A DNA stretch of 30,315 nucleotides from Silvanigrellaceae bacterium (GTDB lineage: Bacteria; Bdellovibrionota_B; Oligoflexia; Silvanigrellales; Silvanigrellaceae). The stretch covers positions 1 to 30,315 of the forward strand of contig JBMSQQ010000040.1 of NCBI GenBank assembly GCA_049423385.1. The letters run 5' to 3'. The notes beneath the pieces are model-generated. The model was given only the letters and a program-made list of their open reading frames with translations. It did no database searches and was not told the origin of the DNA. The position numbers and the translations under genes are program-made. This document shows positions 17,628-27,183 of the stretch, piece by piece (position 1 is the stretch's first letter; every line of letters starts with the position of its first letter).

Positions 17628-18827
17628 CTATCGATCATTTGGAACAGAGTCTTTTCTCGCTGAAGATGTCGAAAGGAGATTCCAAAGATAATGCATGAGC
17701 ATCCAAGCGAAGGATAATTTAATCCACAAGAGATAATGCGAAACGATTTGTGCTTCGGACCAATGATACAAATCGCGGAGCTTGTTCAAATCTCCATCGT
17801 TCTCATCGGTTGATATTGCACTTCCCCAGGGTATCCGAGAGGGATCGTTGCGAATCTGAAGCCACTGCATGGCAGCTGCACCAAAAAGCATGCCCCCGAG
17901 TGACACAACGGGGAATCGCCAAAAGTCCCAACGCAGTCGCGGTGGAAGGCGGTAGACAAAAGAAGCAACCAGGAGTGCAGAAAAAACAATTTCGCCTGTG
18001 AATCCAAAGGCGATTCGGTTTTCATTGATTCGCTCCAAAGGCACGAAAAACGTTGCCCAGAATTGAATCAGTAATGCCGCCGCAAAGAAGAGAATCATCA
18101 CGCGTGAACGCCAGTGAATTGCCGTAACGATTCCAGCAGTCCACAATGTGCAGAAGAACAGGATGACAGAATTGGACCTGATTTCATCCCATGAGGTAAA
18201 AAAGGGCAAGGGCGTTGCAGAGATCCCCGCAAACCACGAAGCGGCAGCATGCCCCAATTCGTGCAATGGCATGCTCAGAAATCTCAAGAAAACCCGCAAA
18301 CCTGTCAACTCGAACAAGGCTCCGACAAGTGTCGCCAGAGGAATGGCCAACAGCTCTATCATTAATGTTGTTGGGAGTTCAACATCATCGTTTTGTGTTC
18401 GGATGACATTCGACGTGTTTGATACTCTCGACACATCCCACCGGCCCTGACTGGCATGCCGTTGTTTCACATAGTAAGTTCGAAGGCACTTTGCCGTCTC
18501 ATCCGAAACAAGTTGTCCTTGGCACCCGCGACAATTCCAAAACCGATGGCGCTGCAGGCTCACGACTTGCAACGATGAATCCGGACAGCGCGGGCACCAG
18601 AGATTCGAAGACTCACCCTCTTGAGATTGCTCGTCGTCGAAAGTCGCAATCCCCCGTTCAATTGCCTTGCTCCCAACAAAAAGTTCAAATTCACCGGAGT
18701 CGAACCACGACAATTCACAATCAGAACAGCGATTCAAGACAAGTCTATGATCGACGGAAAAATCCGTAATTTTCGTTCTACATTTGGGACACAAGATCGC
18801 TGCTGGTTGAGTGTGTTCTTCGGCCAT
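17628..18827 (-). CDS. Double Zn-ribbon (zf-TFIIB-like) fused to an M50-like membrane metallopeptidase domain
   Basis: CPKC..CSDC..WFDSGE and CPRC..CRGC; PLHELGH in a TM context; DGDL. ATG 18827 with AAGGA SD. Confidence 0.75.
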   Translation of the reverse strand: MAEEHTQPAAILCPKCRTKITDFSVDHRLVLNRCSDCELSWFDSGEFELFVGSKAIERGIATFDDEQSQEGESSNLWCPRCPDSSLQVVSLQRHRFWNCRGCQGQLVSDETAKCLRTYYVKQRHASQGRWDVSRVSNTSNVIRTQNDDVELPTTLMIELLAIPLATLVGALFELTGLRVFLRFLSMPLHELGHAAASWFAGISATPLPFFTSWDEIRSNSVILFFCTLWTAGIVTAIHWRSRVMILFFAAALLIQFWATFFVPLERINENRIAFGFTGEIVFSALLVASFVYRLPPRLRWDFWRFPVVSLGGMLFGAAAMQWLQIRNDPSRIPWGSAISTDENDGDLNKLRDLYHWSEAQIVSHYLLWIKLSFAWMLMHYLWNLLSTSSARKDSVPNDR

Positions 18828-19206
18828 TGCACAGCATCCTTGTCTATAATTCGATTCCGTCATCTGTGGAACAGCGCACCCCAGTTCAACCAATGACACG
18901 CTCGCAACAATGATATGACCTGCGTTCAGAGCGTGCATGAACGGATTTTTGGCGATCAATGGGATTCAACAAGAATGACTGCTGTGACCGGCATGCGGAA
19001 ACGATCCGGGCCAACGGAAGACCCTTGCCTATTTTGCAAAGCTGTTCCATCGGCCAGTTCCGCAAGTCCAAGCACTTGCAGCGCGTTCCGAAAAATTTCG
19101 AATCGTCTCTTTGCTGGAGTTTGTTGACCGGAGAGGGGCAAGGCGATGTCACTGGGTGACAGTTCGAGTGAGTTGAAACCTGTGCTGTGCACCAAGCCGA
19201 AAGGAT

Positions 19207-19506
19207 CTACCTTCTGCTTGGATAAATTCCCACTGTACAAATAAAGTGGACTACTTTCTCGTTTGGACTGTTCAGATTGGGAACAGCAAAGGTTGTTCGC
19301 GAATCGCCACCGTACCTGTTTCCAAGAAGTGAATATAGCGCCTGGTTTTCGAAAATTTGCAGCAACTGACCATCAGCTCTGACAAACCCTTCAAGCTCGG
19401 TGTTCGGAAAAAGTAATGCAAATGAACGAACCTCTCCCAAATAGCACTCAGACGCGAAAGCACTGGTCGACAGTAAAGTGCCCAAAACAACTGCTGCAGC
19501 TTTCAT
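19207..19506 (-). CDS. Phage tail-collar domain (microcystin-dependent protein-like) mini-protein with signal peptide
   Basis: YLGEVRSFA..DGQLLQI..NQALYSLLGNRYGGD..TTFAVPNL..FICTVGIYPSR; signal peptide ending AFA; AGGAG SD. Confidence 0.85.
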   Translation of the reverse strand: MKAAAVVLGTLLSTSAFASECYLGEVRSFALLFPNTELEGFVRADGQLLQIFENQALYSLLGNRYGGDSRTTFAVPNLNSPNEKVVHFICTVGIYPSRR

Positions 19507-19798
19507 AAATTGAATCTCCTGGACAATTGATGATGATGTTGATCGTATCAAGACGACAGGTAGTATATTCAATTCTATTTGAAAAGAGAAAAGTTTGAGA
19601 AATTTTCAAGGGGTAAGACGCACAATTCACTGGGTTTGCATTGATGCGTTGGTGAAGTGCTTGCAGCTGCTGTTGGCACGCCTTTGAATCCTTCCAAAGT
19701 TCGAACGCAACTGCTGTGCGCGCCATGACGCCTGGAATCAGCTGAATGAATGTAAAGAATTTGCTCGCAGGACGTTGAACTATGCTTGGCAAAAAACT

Positions 19799-21061
19799 TC
19801 AATTTCTTGGCGTTGAATGAAATTGATTGAGCCAAGATGGTTTATCGCTCCGTTGGTCAACCATGCAGACAGAGCTGAATCGAAGCTCAACAGTACGCAC
19901 TGTCTCACTCCAGAGTCTCTCAGTTGACTCCTGAGGCAAAACTCCAAAGCACCTCATGCACTCTCTGTCGGCCCTTCCAATCAGTTCAATTATTTCATGA
20001 GAATAGAACTCTGGCGCAGGAAGCGACTTTATCTTTTTGAGTTCAGACAAAAGGATTTGCGTCATCGAGACGCTGACTCTGGGCAAGAGAAACTGCACTA
20101 TTTCCCAGCTCAGTTCCGAATGAAAATGTTCATCGCTCGCAATAACATCAAGCACTTTCTTGATCTCTGGTTCACGAGCAAGAAGAGCGCCCTCACGCGC
20201 GTGAGCAGCGCTCAAAGCCTCCATCAAACATCCATCAACAAAACATTCAAGGACAAGACTTTCGAGAGAGCCATGGTCGAACGATTGCCTCAAAATCTCT
20301 GGCATAATATCCGGAGAGAATGGTTTACCGGACAACGAAGAAGCAACGGAATAGCAAAGGGTGGCATGGTTGATCTCCTGACTTGCAGCTCTGAACACTT
20401 TTTCCATGAGATCGGGAGGAGCACCCAAAGCGATGAGCTGCAGGCTTAGTTTCGAAAAAGCAGGAATACTGATGTGCTCCTTTGAGGCATTGTCGAGCCA
20501 AATGGCTTCAAGTGCAATCCGCGAATCTATATCCGGCTCTGAATGGAAGTTGATTCTGCAGGCATTCCAGGGGGAAAAATCTTTTGATTTAGATAGCTTC
20601 GATACAGTGGGTTTTCCTTTCATGCGAAAGGGGCGGCCATGACCTTGCAGCCGACTTAGGACAAGCAAGAGTCCGCCAAATGCTGAAACCGGAAACATGA
20701 AAAGTCCAAAAAATAAGGGTTCCCTTATGCTTGCCTTTACCAATTGATCAGAGAACTTGATCGTAACCGTGATCGTTCTGAATACCAATACAATCAATGA
20801 CAGGATGGCAAGCCAAAAATAGAGATAAAGGTTGTTCACTGAGAATTTGAAACTGAAAATAAAGCCTATCAGCGGTAGACCGATTAATATTGAAACAACA
20901 AGCCGACGCGAAAATAACACTTGTCGTGAAATTTCATCGTCATGCACTTCGTTCCTTTCGCTTGATTTCTCATTTCGCACCGCAAAAACAAAAAAAAGTA
21001 AAAATATCGTCAACCCAAACGCGCATACTAGCCCAACAATTAGGAAAAAAATGGAATCCAT
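19799..21061 (-). CDS. Membrane-anchored ferritin-like (diiron) domain protein
   Basis: Four N-terminal TMs, GRP motif, W..A..EH.S..AF..L...L...GAP, EINH, DGCLME, DEHFH..LSW. Confidence 0.75.
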   Translation of the reverse strand: MDSIFFLIVGLVCAFGLTIFLLFFVFAVRNEKSSERNEVHDDEISRQVLFSRRLVVSILIGLPLIGFIFSFKFSVNNLYLYFWLAILSLIVLVFRTITVTIKFSDQLVKASIREPLFFGLFMFPVSAFGGLLLVLSRLQGHGRPFRMKGKPTVSKLSKSKDFSPWNACRINFHSEPDIDSRIALEAIWLDNASKEHISIPAFSKLSLQLIALGAPPDLMEKVFRAASQEINHATLCYSVASSLSGKPFSPDIMPEILRQSFDHGSLESLVLECFVDGCLMEALSAAHAREGALLAREPEIKKVLDVIASDEHFHSELSWEIVQFLLPRVSVSMTQILLSELKKIKSLPAPEFYSHEIIELIGRADRECMRCFGVLPQESTERLWSETVRTVELRFSSVCMVDQRSDKPSWLNQFHSTPRN

Positions 21062-21629
21062 CGAAGTTGGCTCCCTGATAGTCGGCTCTCTTCTTCATCA
21101 AGGCACTAAATGTGGACATTATTTTAGCATGCCAAACAAATGTTTATCTCATTTGAAATCAGATTTCTGACAAAATTCAGTTCGACCTCGCCTTTTCCCG
21201 GGCCTTGGAATCGAAACGACTATCCTTGATCCCGGAATTGCATGCAGCCGAAATTTCGAAATTTTTGGAAGCTTTGTCGCAGCAAGAGTTTGAGACGTCG
21301 CCAACCAGATTCTGAGCGTTGGTTATGACGGCGCATTGAATTTGCGCTCTGTAACCAAGGGAATGAGAGTTCTGGTCAGGCAAATGGCAGCCTTCGCCAT
21401 GCGGCGTGCACCGCAGGACGGACAGAATTCAAGGCCCTATCGGGAAAAAATACAAAATGAAAGTTCTAAAAACATCACAATGCACTCGACCAAGAGGCAA
21501 GCAAAGATTCCGCAGTGAAAGTTGTGCGGGTATCAGCGTATATCTACAATCGACTATCCGAATTTTAACGGCTTCCGGATGCCGTTGGTGAAATCTCTGG
21601 AGCATATTGAGATTTCGCCGTGTTGCATG

Positions 21630-21935
21630 TCATTGGGTCACGCACGTTCCTTCAATGATCAGCTTTTCGGTGAAGGAAAGAAAGCTGAGTTCGGTTCGAT
21701 ACTGGCTGGTGATTCCCGTGATTATCCCGTTTTTGCACTGGCTCACCAGAGATGCATACGCACTTTCAACAAATCCATTGTCTGTTTTCGCAAAAAAGTA
21801 ATGACGAGAACCTTCAGCAACAACTTTTTTACCAGGTCTCATGCCCGTGAAGTCGGTTGCGCCATATTGGTGAACACTGTAGGCACATCCATTCATCACT
21901 ATTGCAAGGGCTGCAATAAACCCAAATTTTTTCAC
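21630..21935 (-). CDS. Small lipoprotein (Bor/TRL-like), third of triplet
   Basis: Lipobox MNG|C; QCKNG..GTCV; GTGA overlap with the upstream gene. Confidence 0.75.
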   Translation of the reverse strand: MKKFGFIAALAIVMNGCAYSVHQYGATDFTGMRPGKKVVAEGSRHYFFAKTDNGFVESAYASLVSQCKNGIITGITSQYRTELSFLSFTEKLIIEGTCVTQ

Positions 21936-22312
21936 TTGGCGGCTCCTTGAGGACTGTTGGCCGCGCTCCGCGAGCGTTTTGAGTCAACACAATAGCCGGT
22001 TGCCGTGATTTGGTCCTTTGAAACAATTAAGTAAAACGTTGTTTCATATTTGGTCATCAGTCCGCTGACTTTTCCATCACAATTCTGTCGCAACTTGGTG
22101 GTGATTTCGTCAACGTAGTCGTTGTCGAAATTCAATCCAAGAAAGATCCACTTGCTGACCGTTGCGACCACGGGTTCGTTGCGGTTTTGGGGAATACTCG
22201 TGACCGAGACGCTTCTCAGTGATGCGCAGCCCGTTGTCATCGAAGCGGAAAGAGCGATAAACGCAAAGATTGAATAAAACCGAAAACCGGAAGAAAAACT
22301 CGGTAGTCTCAT
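21932..22312 (-). CDS. Small lipoprotein (Bor/TRL-like), second of triplet
   Basis: ATG 22312 (ATGA overlap); lipobox TTG|C; WIFLGLNFD, NCDG..GYCV. Confidence 0.75.
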   Translation of the reverse strand: MRLPSFSSGFRFYSIFAFIALSASMTTGCASLRSVSVTSIPQNRNEPVVATVSKWIFLGLNFDNDYVDEITTKLRQNCDGKVSGLMTKYETTFYLIVSKDQITATGYCVDSKRSRSAANSPQGAAK

Positions 22313-22722
22313 TTGACTTCTCCCATGCAATATCCGGTCACACGGACACCTTCTGTGCTTCCAAAGTGAAAGTTTCTGAACTCCCGATTGGACACCAGGC
22401 TGTGAACTTGTCCACTCGGGCATTGCTCAAGAATTTTTTGGCCCAGCTGTGACCAGGCGTTGATGTTGTAAACGGGGTTGCCCGTTCTGGGCCCCCACTG
22501 AAACAGTCCGATAATGTTTTTTACTTGGTCTGCTTCCTTGCTTTTGTTCGCCATGCGTCCAATGGCTTTCGACGAGCTTTCGAGGTTGATGCCGAAGTCT
22601 GTAATTTGGATTTCAAATTTTCGGCCTCCGCTGGCAACGTCTCCGATGGACGTTTTATGCAGAGTCATGCAGCCAGACGTCGCCAGAGTGCAACTGACGA
22701 TTCCAAAAATGTGCGACTTCAT
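22309..22722 (-). CDS. Small lipoprotein, first of triplet
   Basis: GAGG SD; lipobox TSG|C; QCPSG..GYCM. Confidence 0.75.
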   Translation of the reverse strand: MKSHIFGIVSCTLATSGCMTLHKTSIGDVASGGRKFEIQITDFGINLESSSKAIGRMANKSKEADQVKNIIGLFQWGPRTGNPVYNINAWSQLGQKILEQCPSGQVHSLVSNREFRNFHFGSTEGVRVTGYCMGEVK

Positions 22723-22917
22723 GGATAACCTCGATTTGCTGTGAATTCAGAAATAAATCGATATTTAAATTACAACCGTTTTTTAAAAAAAAAGACGCGC
22801 CCCCCTGTTCACCCGTGCGGATTGGGGTCAAGCGATGATGACTCGATGACGGTTCTGGCTGGTTTTGTTTGTTATGCGATCAGTGAGTGGTACAATACAG
22901 CTTTTTCAGGCGGAGGC

Positions 22918-23583
22918 TTATTTTATCCGCTTGAAGTCAATTCGCAATCCGTGAATCTCCCCCCTGGGCAAAAGAATCAGTGCAAGTTTATTTGCAGCTG
23001 CATCCGAGAATCCCAAACATCCGTCAGCCCCTCTCCTGCCAGAAGGAGTTGCTTGGCTGACGTATCTTTTACCCCAGAGTTCATCGCACTGGGCTTTGAG
23101 TGACTTGGGATTGTTTTTAATCCCAAGGTTCTTTCCGACTGAATTCTCAGACGCAGGTAGAAAGACTTGGCTTCCATTCTCACTGACTTCCTTGCCGGAA
23201 TCGCAGTTCCTGAATTGCAAAACGCTTGGAAAGATATCAGGACTCCAGGCAACGGGAATTTTCGATGGCTTCACTGCTTTTGCAAGAGCTGTTTTTTCGC
23301 AAGTCAAAATTGTTTTGAAAACTCCTCTGCCACTCTGATCGATCTGTGTTTCGACTTGCCAATCTTCATTTCTCAGTCCAACCGCGTCGAGTTTGAAGAA
23401 AGACTTTTCACCGAGTGCATTGTATGAAAATCCATCATAAGACTCAGCTATCCAGGTGCCGACGACGGGAAGGGGAGCACCTGCTGACTGAACGACCGTA
23501 GATGAATCAAAGGTCTTTTTAGGAGCGCATCCGAATCCCAAGATTAATGCAAAAAAGACAAATAACACTGGCTGCTGTGACAT
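22918..23583 (-). CDS. Hypothetical lipoprotein
   Basis: ATG 23583; lipobox GFG|C; VVGTW motif reminiscent of lipocalin-like barrels (weak). Confidence 0.65.
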   Translation of the reverse strand: MSQQPVLFVFFALILGFGCAPKKTFDSSTVVQSAGAPLPVVGTWIAESYDGFSYNALGEKSFFKLDAVGLRNEDWQVETQIDQSGRGVFKTILTCEKTALAKAVKPSKIPVAWSPDIFPSVLQFRNCDSGKEVSENGSQVFLPASENSVGKNLGIKNNPKSLKAQCDELWGKRYVSQATPSGRRGADGCLGFSDAAANKLALILLPRGEIHGLRIDFKRIK

Positions 23584-23652
23584 GTTCGATTTTCCCTCAG
23601 AACGAGCAGTGCATTTTTCGGCTGCCTTACAAAAAAAATGAGTCATTTGCGA

Positions 23653-24273
23653 TCACCAGCGCCTTTGCGAAGGGTAGCTCGGCAAAGTCCAACCTCCTGG
23701 ATTTCGGGTTGCCCAATTGGTCTGCCATTCTTGGTTCACACCCGGAAAAGATACGAAACAAGCAGCCAGCCATCCACAAAATCCAGCCTTTTGAGCACTG
23801 CTCCAGAAGCCCATTGACTCGTTTTCAGAGATGAGACCAAGCTCTCCCCGCAAAGCACCAGCCGAATTGACACAATCACTTCCTCGGCCTGTGGAAGACT
23901 TCCGAATTCTCGCAAGATCAGACTCTGTCGAAACTGTCGCCTTTTGTTCATTTAAATCGTCATTCAATCCAAAAACGCGTCTCAACTCCGGACTTTCAAG
24001 AGTCATTGCAAATTCCCTTGAAATTGACTTGGAATGCAATGCGACAACATCCCGGGCACCGGCGAAATTGGCTTCTCTGACTGCCGATTCGGTCACACCA
24101 TCAACTCTAAGAACACAGTATTCGGGTTGTGTCTCCTGACTTTTCGAGATCTGCCCAACAAGGTATGAATACTGGGCCTTCAACGATGTCGGTTGGGAAT
24201 TCTCGTTGCCCGTTGAGCATGCCAACATCAGAACAGTTGAAAAAAAACTGATGGATTTGACGAATGGATTCAA
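23653..24273 (-). CDS. Hypothetical lipoprotein
   Basis: TTG 24273 with AAGGGG SD; lipobox MLA|C. Confidence 0.6.
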   Translation of the reverse strand: MNPFVKSISFFSTVLMLACSTGNENSQPTSLKAQYSYLVGQISKSQETQPEYCVLRVDGVTESAVREANFAGARDVVALHSKSISREFAMTLESPELRRVFGLNDDLNEQKATVSTESDLARIRKSSTGRGSDCVNSAGALRGELGLISENESMGFWSSAQKAGFCGWLAACFVSFPGVNQEWQTNWATRNPGGWTLPSYPSQRRW

Positions 24274-24524
24274 ATTAACTTCCCCTTGTGAAAATGCTTT
24301 TGACTTGATTCTTTGAGTACAGTTCCTTTTTTCACATGTGGTCACAGATTGCCGGTGTCAGTTGCAGCCGTACATTTCCAATTTGCCAAGTTTAAGATTC
24401 TTCAAGTCGTGCAATGGTTCGCAACTTCGTCGCCAAAGAAAAAGGCAACAAAAGTCACTTTCAAAATGCTCGAAAAAAAATAATCTTTTATCATCTTTTA
24501 CGCGAATCTTTTCTCATATCGGAT

Positions 24525-24947
24525 TCAGCTGATGAAAAGATGAATTCGAGTAATTAGATTGAGCAAATTTGAATGGTTGGCACAAAGTGAATTGTGTTGA
24601 TCTCGAATTGTTGTAGTTTCCGAAGGCGTGGAGCGCACGGTGGTTCCGCGGCCAGAAGAAACTCTTTGATTCGCGCCATCAATATTCAGATCCGGTTGTG
24701 GGCATTTTCTGGAACAAGGACTGTGAATAAATCCTGAACGGAACATGTTTCAAAAGATTTGTCAGTCATCGAAATAAAATAAAGGGAGAGGTTGCCGCCG
24801 CTATCTTGTGCGCCAAGATCAGCGTCGAAGTTGGAATCCACAAATCTCTTCCCTCTGTCCACTTTCAAGCGCGTCGCTGTTTTTAGGCTCACAGGCTGCA
24901 ATAACTGAGACGCCTGCCAAAATGGGAATAATTCCTGTAGTACTCAT
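24525..24947 (-). pseudogene. Possible frameshifted lipoprotein remnant
   Basis: Strong SD (AAGGGAG) and MSTTGIIPILAGVSVIAA|C, but stops after 42 aa. Protein-like sequence continues in two other frames. Confidence 0.35.
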
Positions 24948-25464
24948 GAATGACTCCCTTTCGTTCTGGAGGAAATGCAGCAAACTCATTGCCGCCCTTG
25001 CATCAATGTAAAGAATTGAATTGGATGAAATAAGAGTACTCGAACGGTATCCAGGGATTGGACATGACGTTTGCTTGAACGGCAAAACCCGGCATAAAGA
25101 TAGCCCAGGCTTCAGGATCAAACTTCTGCTTTCATTCGGAGATCGCCCAATGGCAGGGGCAGTCGTTCAATTGTTTGATGAGTTTATTCATGTTCCATAT
25201 GTCAAGCTTTCAATCCGTTTCTGCGTTGGTTTTCGGGTTATCCAGCGTCACGAGATTGTGAACATTGAGAGTGTCATCGGTGCAGGAAGAAGTTCCGGTA
25301 CTTCTATTGATGGAGTGGCGATCTTGCTGATCGGCCTTGCAGACTTTTTCAATCAGCCCTTTGTTCACGAGCAGTCAAACCTGCAGCGTGTTGTCATGTT
25401 TCTTGCATTCGCGGAAGGCGTCTGAGGCATTTGACATCTCTGGGTGCAGCTTCAAATTGGTCTA

Positions 25465-26118
25465 TTATTGTTCGGGATAAGGACATCTTGCCCATACAAA
25501 AGTTGATGCATATTTCAAGTCATACTGTTCTGCCTCAATGATCAAGTCTTCTGAGTCGCTGTCTCGTACGCCCTGTGTGGCGCTCCTGAGGCTGATCAAC
25601 CCGTTGGAGTTGAATGACGAAGAGCACCAGTCCACTGTTCGCAATGTGTCCGCCGACAACGGCGTCAACAGTGACAATTCTGCAGACCTTGTGTCGAATA
25701 TTGTTCCTCTCGCAAGGATAATGCTGAACGGTTCCAGTGGAATCCCAAAAAGAGTTGTCTGGCCAGCGATTGCAGCAGTAGCATTGGCCGACTTGTTTCC
25801 CCCGTAGTTCAGGGTCTGGAGTATCGATTTTGGATAAATTCCCGGACTCGTCGTCACGCTCATTGCAATGCTGCAGGATTTGCGTTGGGCAAATGGCAAT
25901 CCGGATCGTGCGGGGAGGCGGATTCCCATGTCTGAATAGATCACTTGGATCTGATCGCCCGCTGTGATCACTTCGATGTTTTCACCCATCTGGCAGCCTG
26001 TTCCGTTTGCAACCGCGGTGTCTGTCTTCCAGAGGATGTTCTGTGGTTCTTCGACGTGGGCGTTTGCTTTAAGAAAAAAAAGGCAGAGTGTGAATGTAGA
26101 GAAGGTCATCAACTTCAT
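25465..26118 (-). CDS. Secreted DUF4360-like protein
   Basis: Signal peptide ending ANA; ANGTGC, AGDQIQVIYSDM, RKSCSI, DWC. ATG 26118 with GAGGG SD. Confidence 0.75.
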   Translation of the reverse strand: MKLMTFSTFTLCLFFLKANAHVEEPQNILWKTDTAVANGTGCQMGENIEVITAGDQIQVIYSDMGIRLPARSGLPFAQRKSCSIAMSVTTSPGIYPKSILQTLNYGGNKSANATAAIAGQTTLFGIPLEPFSIILARGTIFDTRSAELSLLTPLSADTLRTVDWCSSSFNSNGLISLRSATQGVRDSDSEDLIIEAEQYDLKYASTFVWARCPYPEQ

Positions 26119-26280
26119 GGTGGTTTCCCTCACGCAGATAGAGAATCACGCGAGCTACCCGATTGATGGCGAGTATATAATTGCTTGTGAATCTACTCGC
26201 GGCACAAAACTGATTTATTCAAAATGAAAATTGATATGCTTGAAAAAAAACAGCGCCGGAGGCGGAACCAGAAAAAGGTT

Positions 26281-27183
26281 TCAGCTTTTGCCGGCTGCCT
26301 TGCGCGCTGCAATGTATTCGCTGCGCATGAATTTTTGACGCGAGGTCAACAGCAACTTGAGGTCAAACGCCGAACCAGCGTTGAATTGCTTGAACCACTC
26401 CGATGCGTTGAACTTGTTCGAGAACTGAGGCAACGGACGAAACTTGTCGGTTTCAATGTTCCACTTGAATCCGCCCCAGGCCACTTCTGTTCCGCTCGCC
26501 GGCAACAGCTTCAACACAACGCACGTGACGTCTGTGCAGTTACAGCTGGGATTGGTGCAGTAGAGGTCATCGATCACATACCGTTCGCCATCAACAAATC
26601 GTTCGATGGGCTGCCCATTGGGGAAGAGCATCTGGAAAGGGACGAGTTTATCGGCCTGGATGGATTTCAGGTCCTGGTCTTTCCACAGGGTTGAAAGTTC
26701 AGGAGCGAAAGCAATGAACGGCTGGCGCAATGCCTCCAGAACAGTGGGCGTGAACGATGCGTTGATGCTTTTTTCGAGCTCTTTTCGTTCCGCATCGGAA
26801 AGGTTGAGCACCTGGGCGGCCTCGCTGAGGAAGTCGACATTTTCTGTCGGATTTGCGCCCACAGCTTTGCGCACATCTTCAATGGCATTGATTTTTCCGG
26901 ATCTGACGTTGACCTGCACAACAAGTCCAAACACTTCGGTCTGGCTCGCCAGGCCATTCTCGGAATCCGAGAGAGTAGCCAAAATCTTGGTGCGCAGGGC
27001 GGATCTGAATTCAGTCAGCTTGAGCACCAGTTGTGTACTTTCGATCATTTCGGCGGCATCGAATGTGGTTGTGACTTTGCGTGGCAGCACCAACGCACCC
27101 TTGGCTTGAAAGTAGCGGCCGTTCCAAGTGATTCGAAAAGTGTCGTCTTTGCCAATGTTCAAGGGGAGGACTAGCGGGTTCAT
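26281..27183 (-). CDS. Hypothetical protein with YCxNPxCxC metal-binding motif
   Basis: DDLYCTNPSCNCTDV, a motif type I associate with SEC-C-linked proteins. ATG 27183 in ATGA overlap with the DMT gene. Confidence 0.7.
   Translation of the reverse strand: MNPLVLPLNIGKDDTFRITWNGRYFQAKGALVLPRKVTTTFDAAEMIESTQLVLKLTEFRSALRTKILATLSDSENGLASQTEVFGLVVQVNVRSGKINAIEDVRKAVGANPTENVDFLSEAAQVLNLSDAERKELEKSINASFTPTVLEALRQPFIAFAPELSTLWKDQDLKSIQADKLVPFQMLFPNGQPIERFVDGERYVIDDLYCTNPSCNCTDVTCVVLKLLPASGTEVAWGGFKWNIETDKFRPLPQFSNKFNASEWFKQFNAGSAFDLKLLLTSRQKFMRSEYIAARKAAGKS

Noticed and set aside
18860..19200. Possible PIN-toxin remnant
   Set aside because: Only vague resemblance across frames, without ordered acidic catalytic motifs.
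19207..19506. Prophage or tailocin
   Set aside because: No other phage structural, integrase or lysis genes in the window.
21062..21629. Hidden ncRNA or small gene in a 570-bp gap
   Set aside because: No convincing SD-ORF, tRNA fold or long hairpin seen; a covariance-model search would be needed.
25021..25425. Plus-strand 134-aa ORF
   Set aside because: Weak TTG start and no motif; reads like the antisense of a decayed minus-strand gene.
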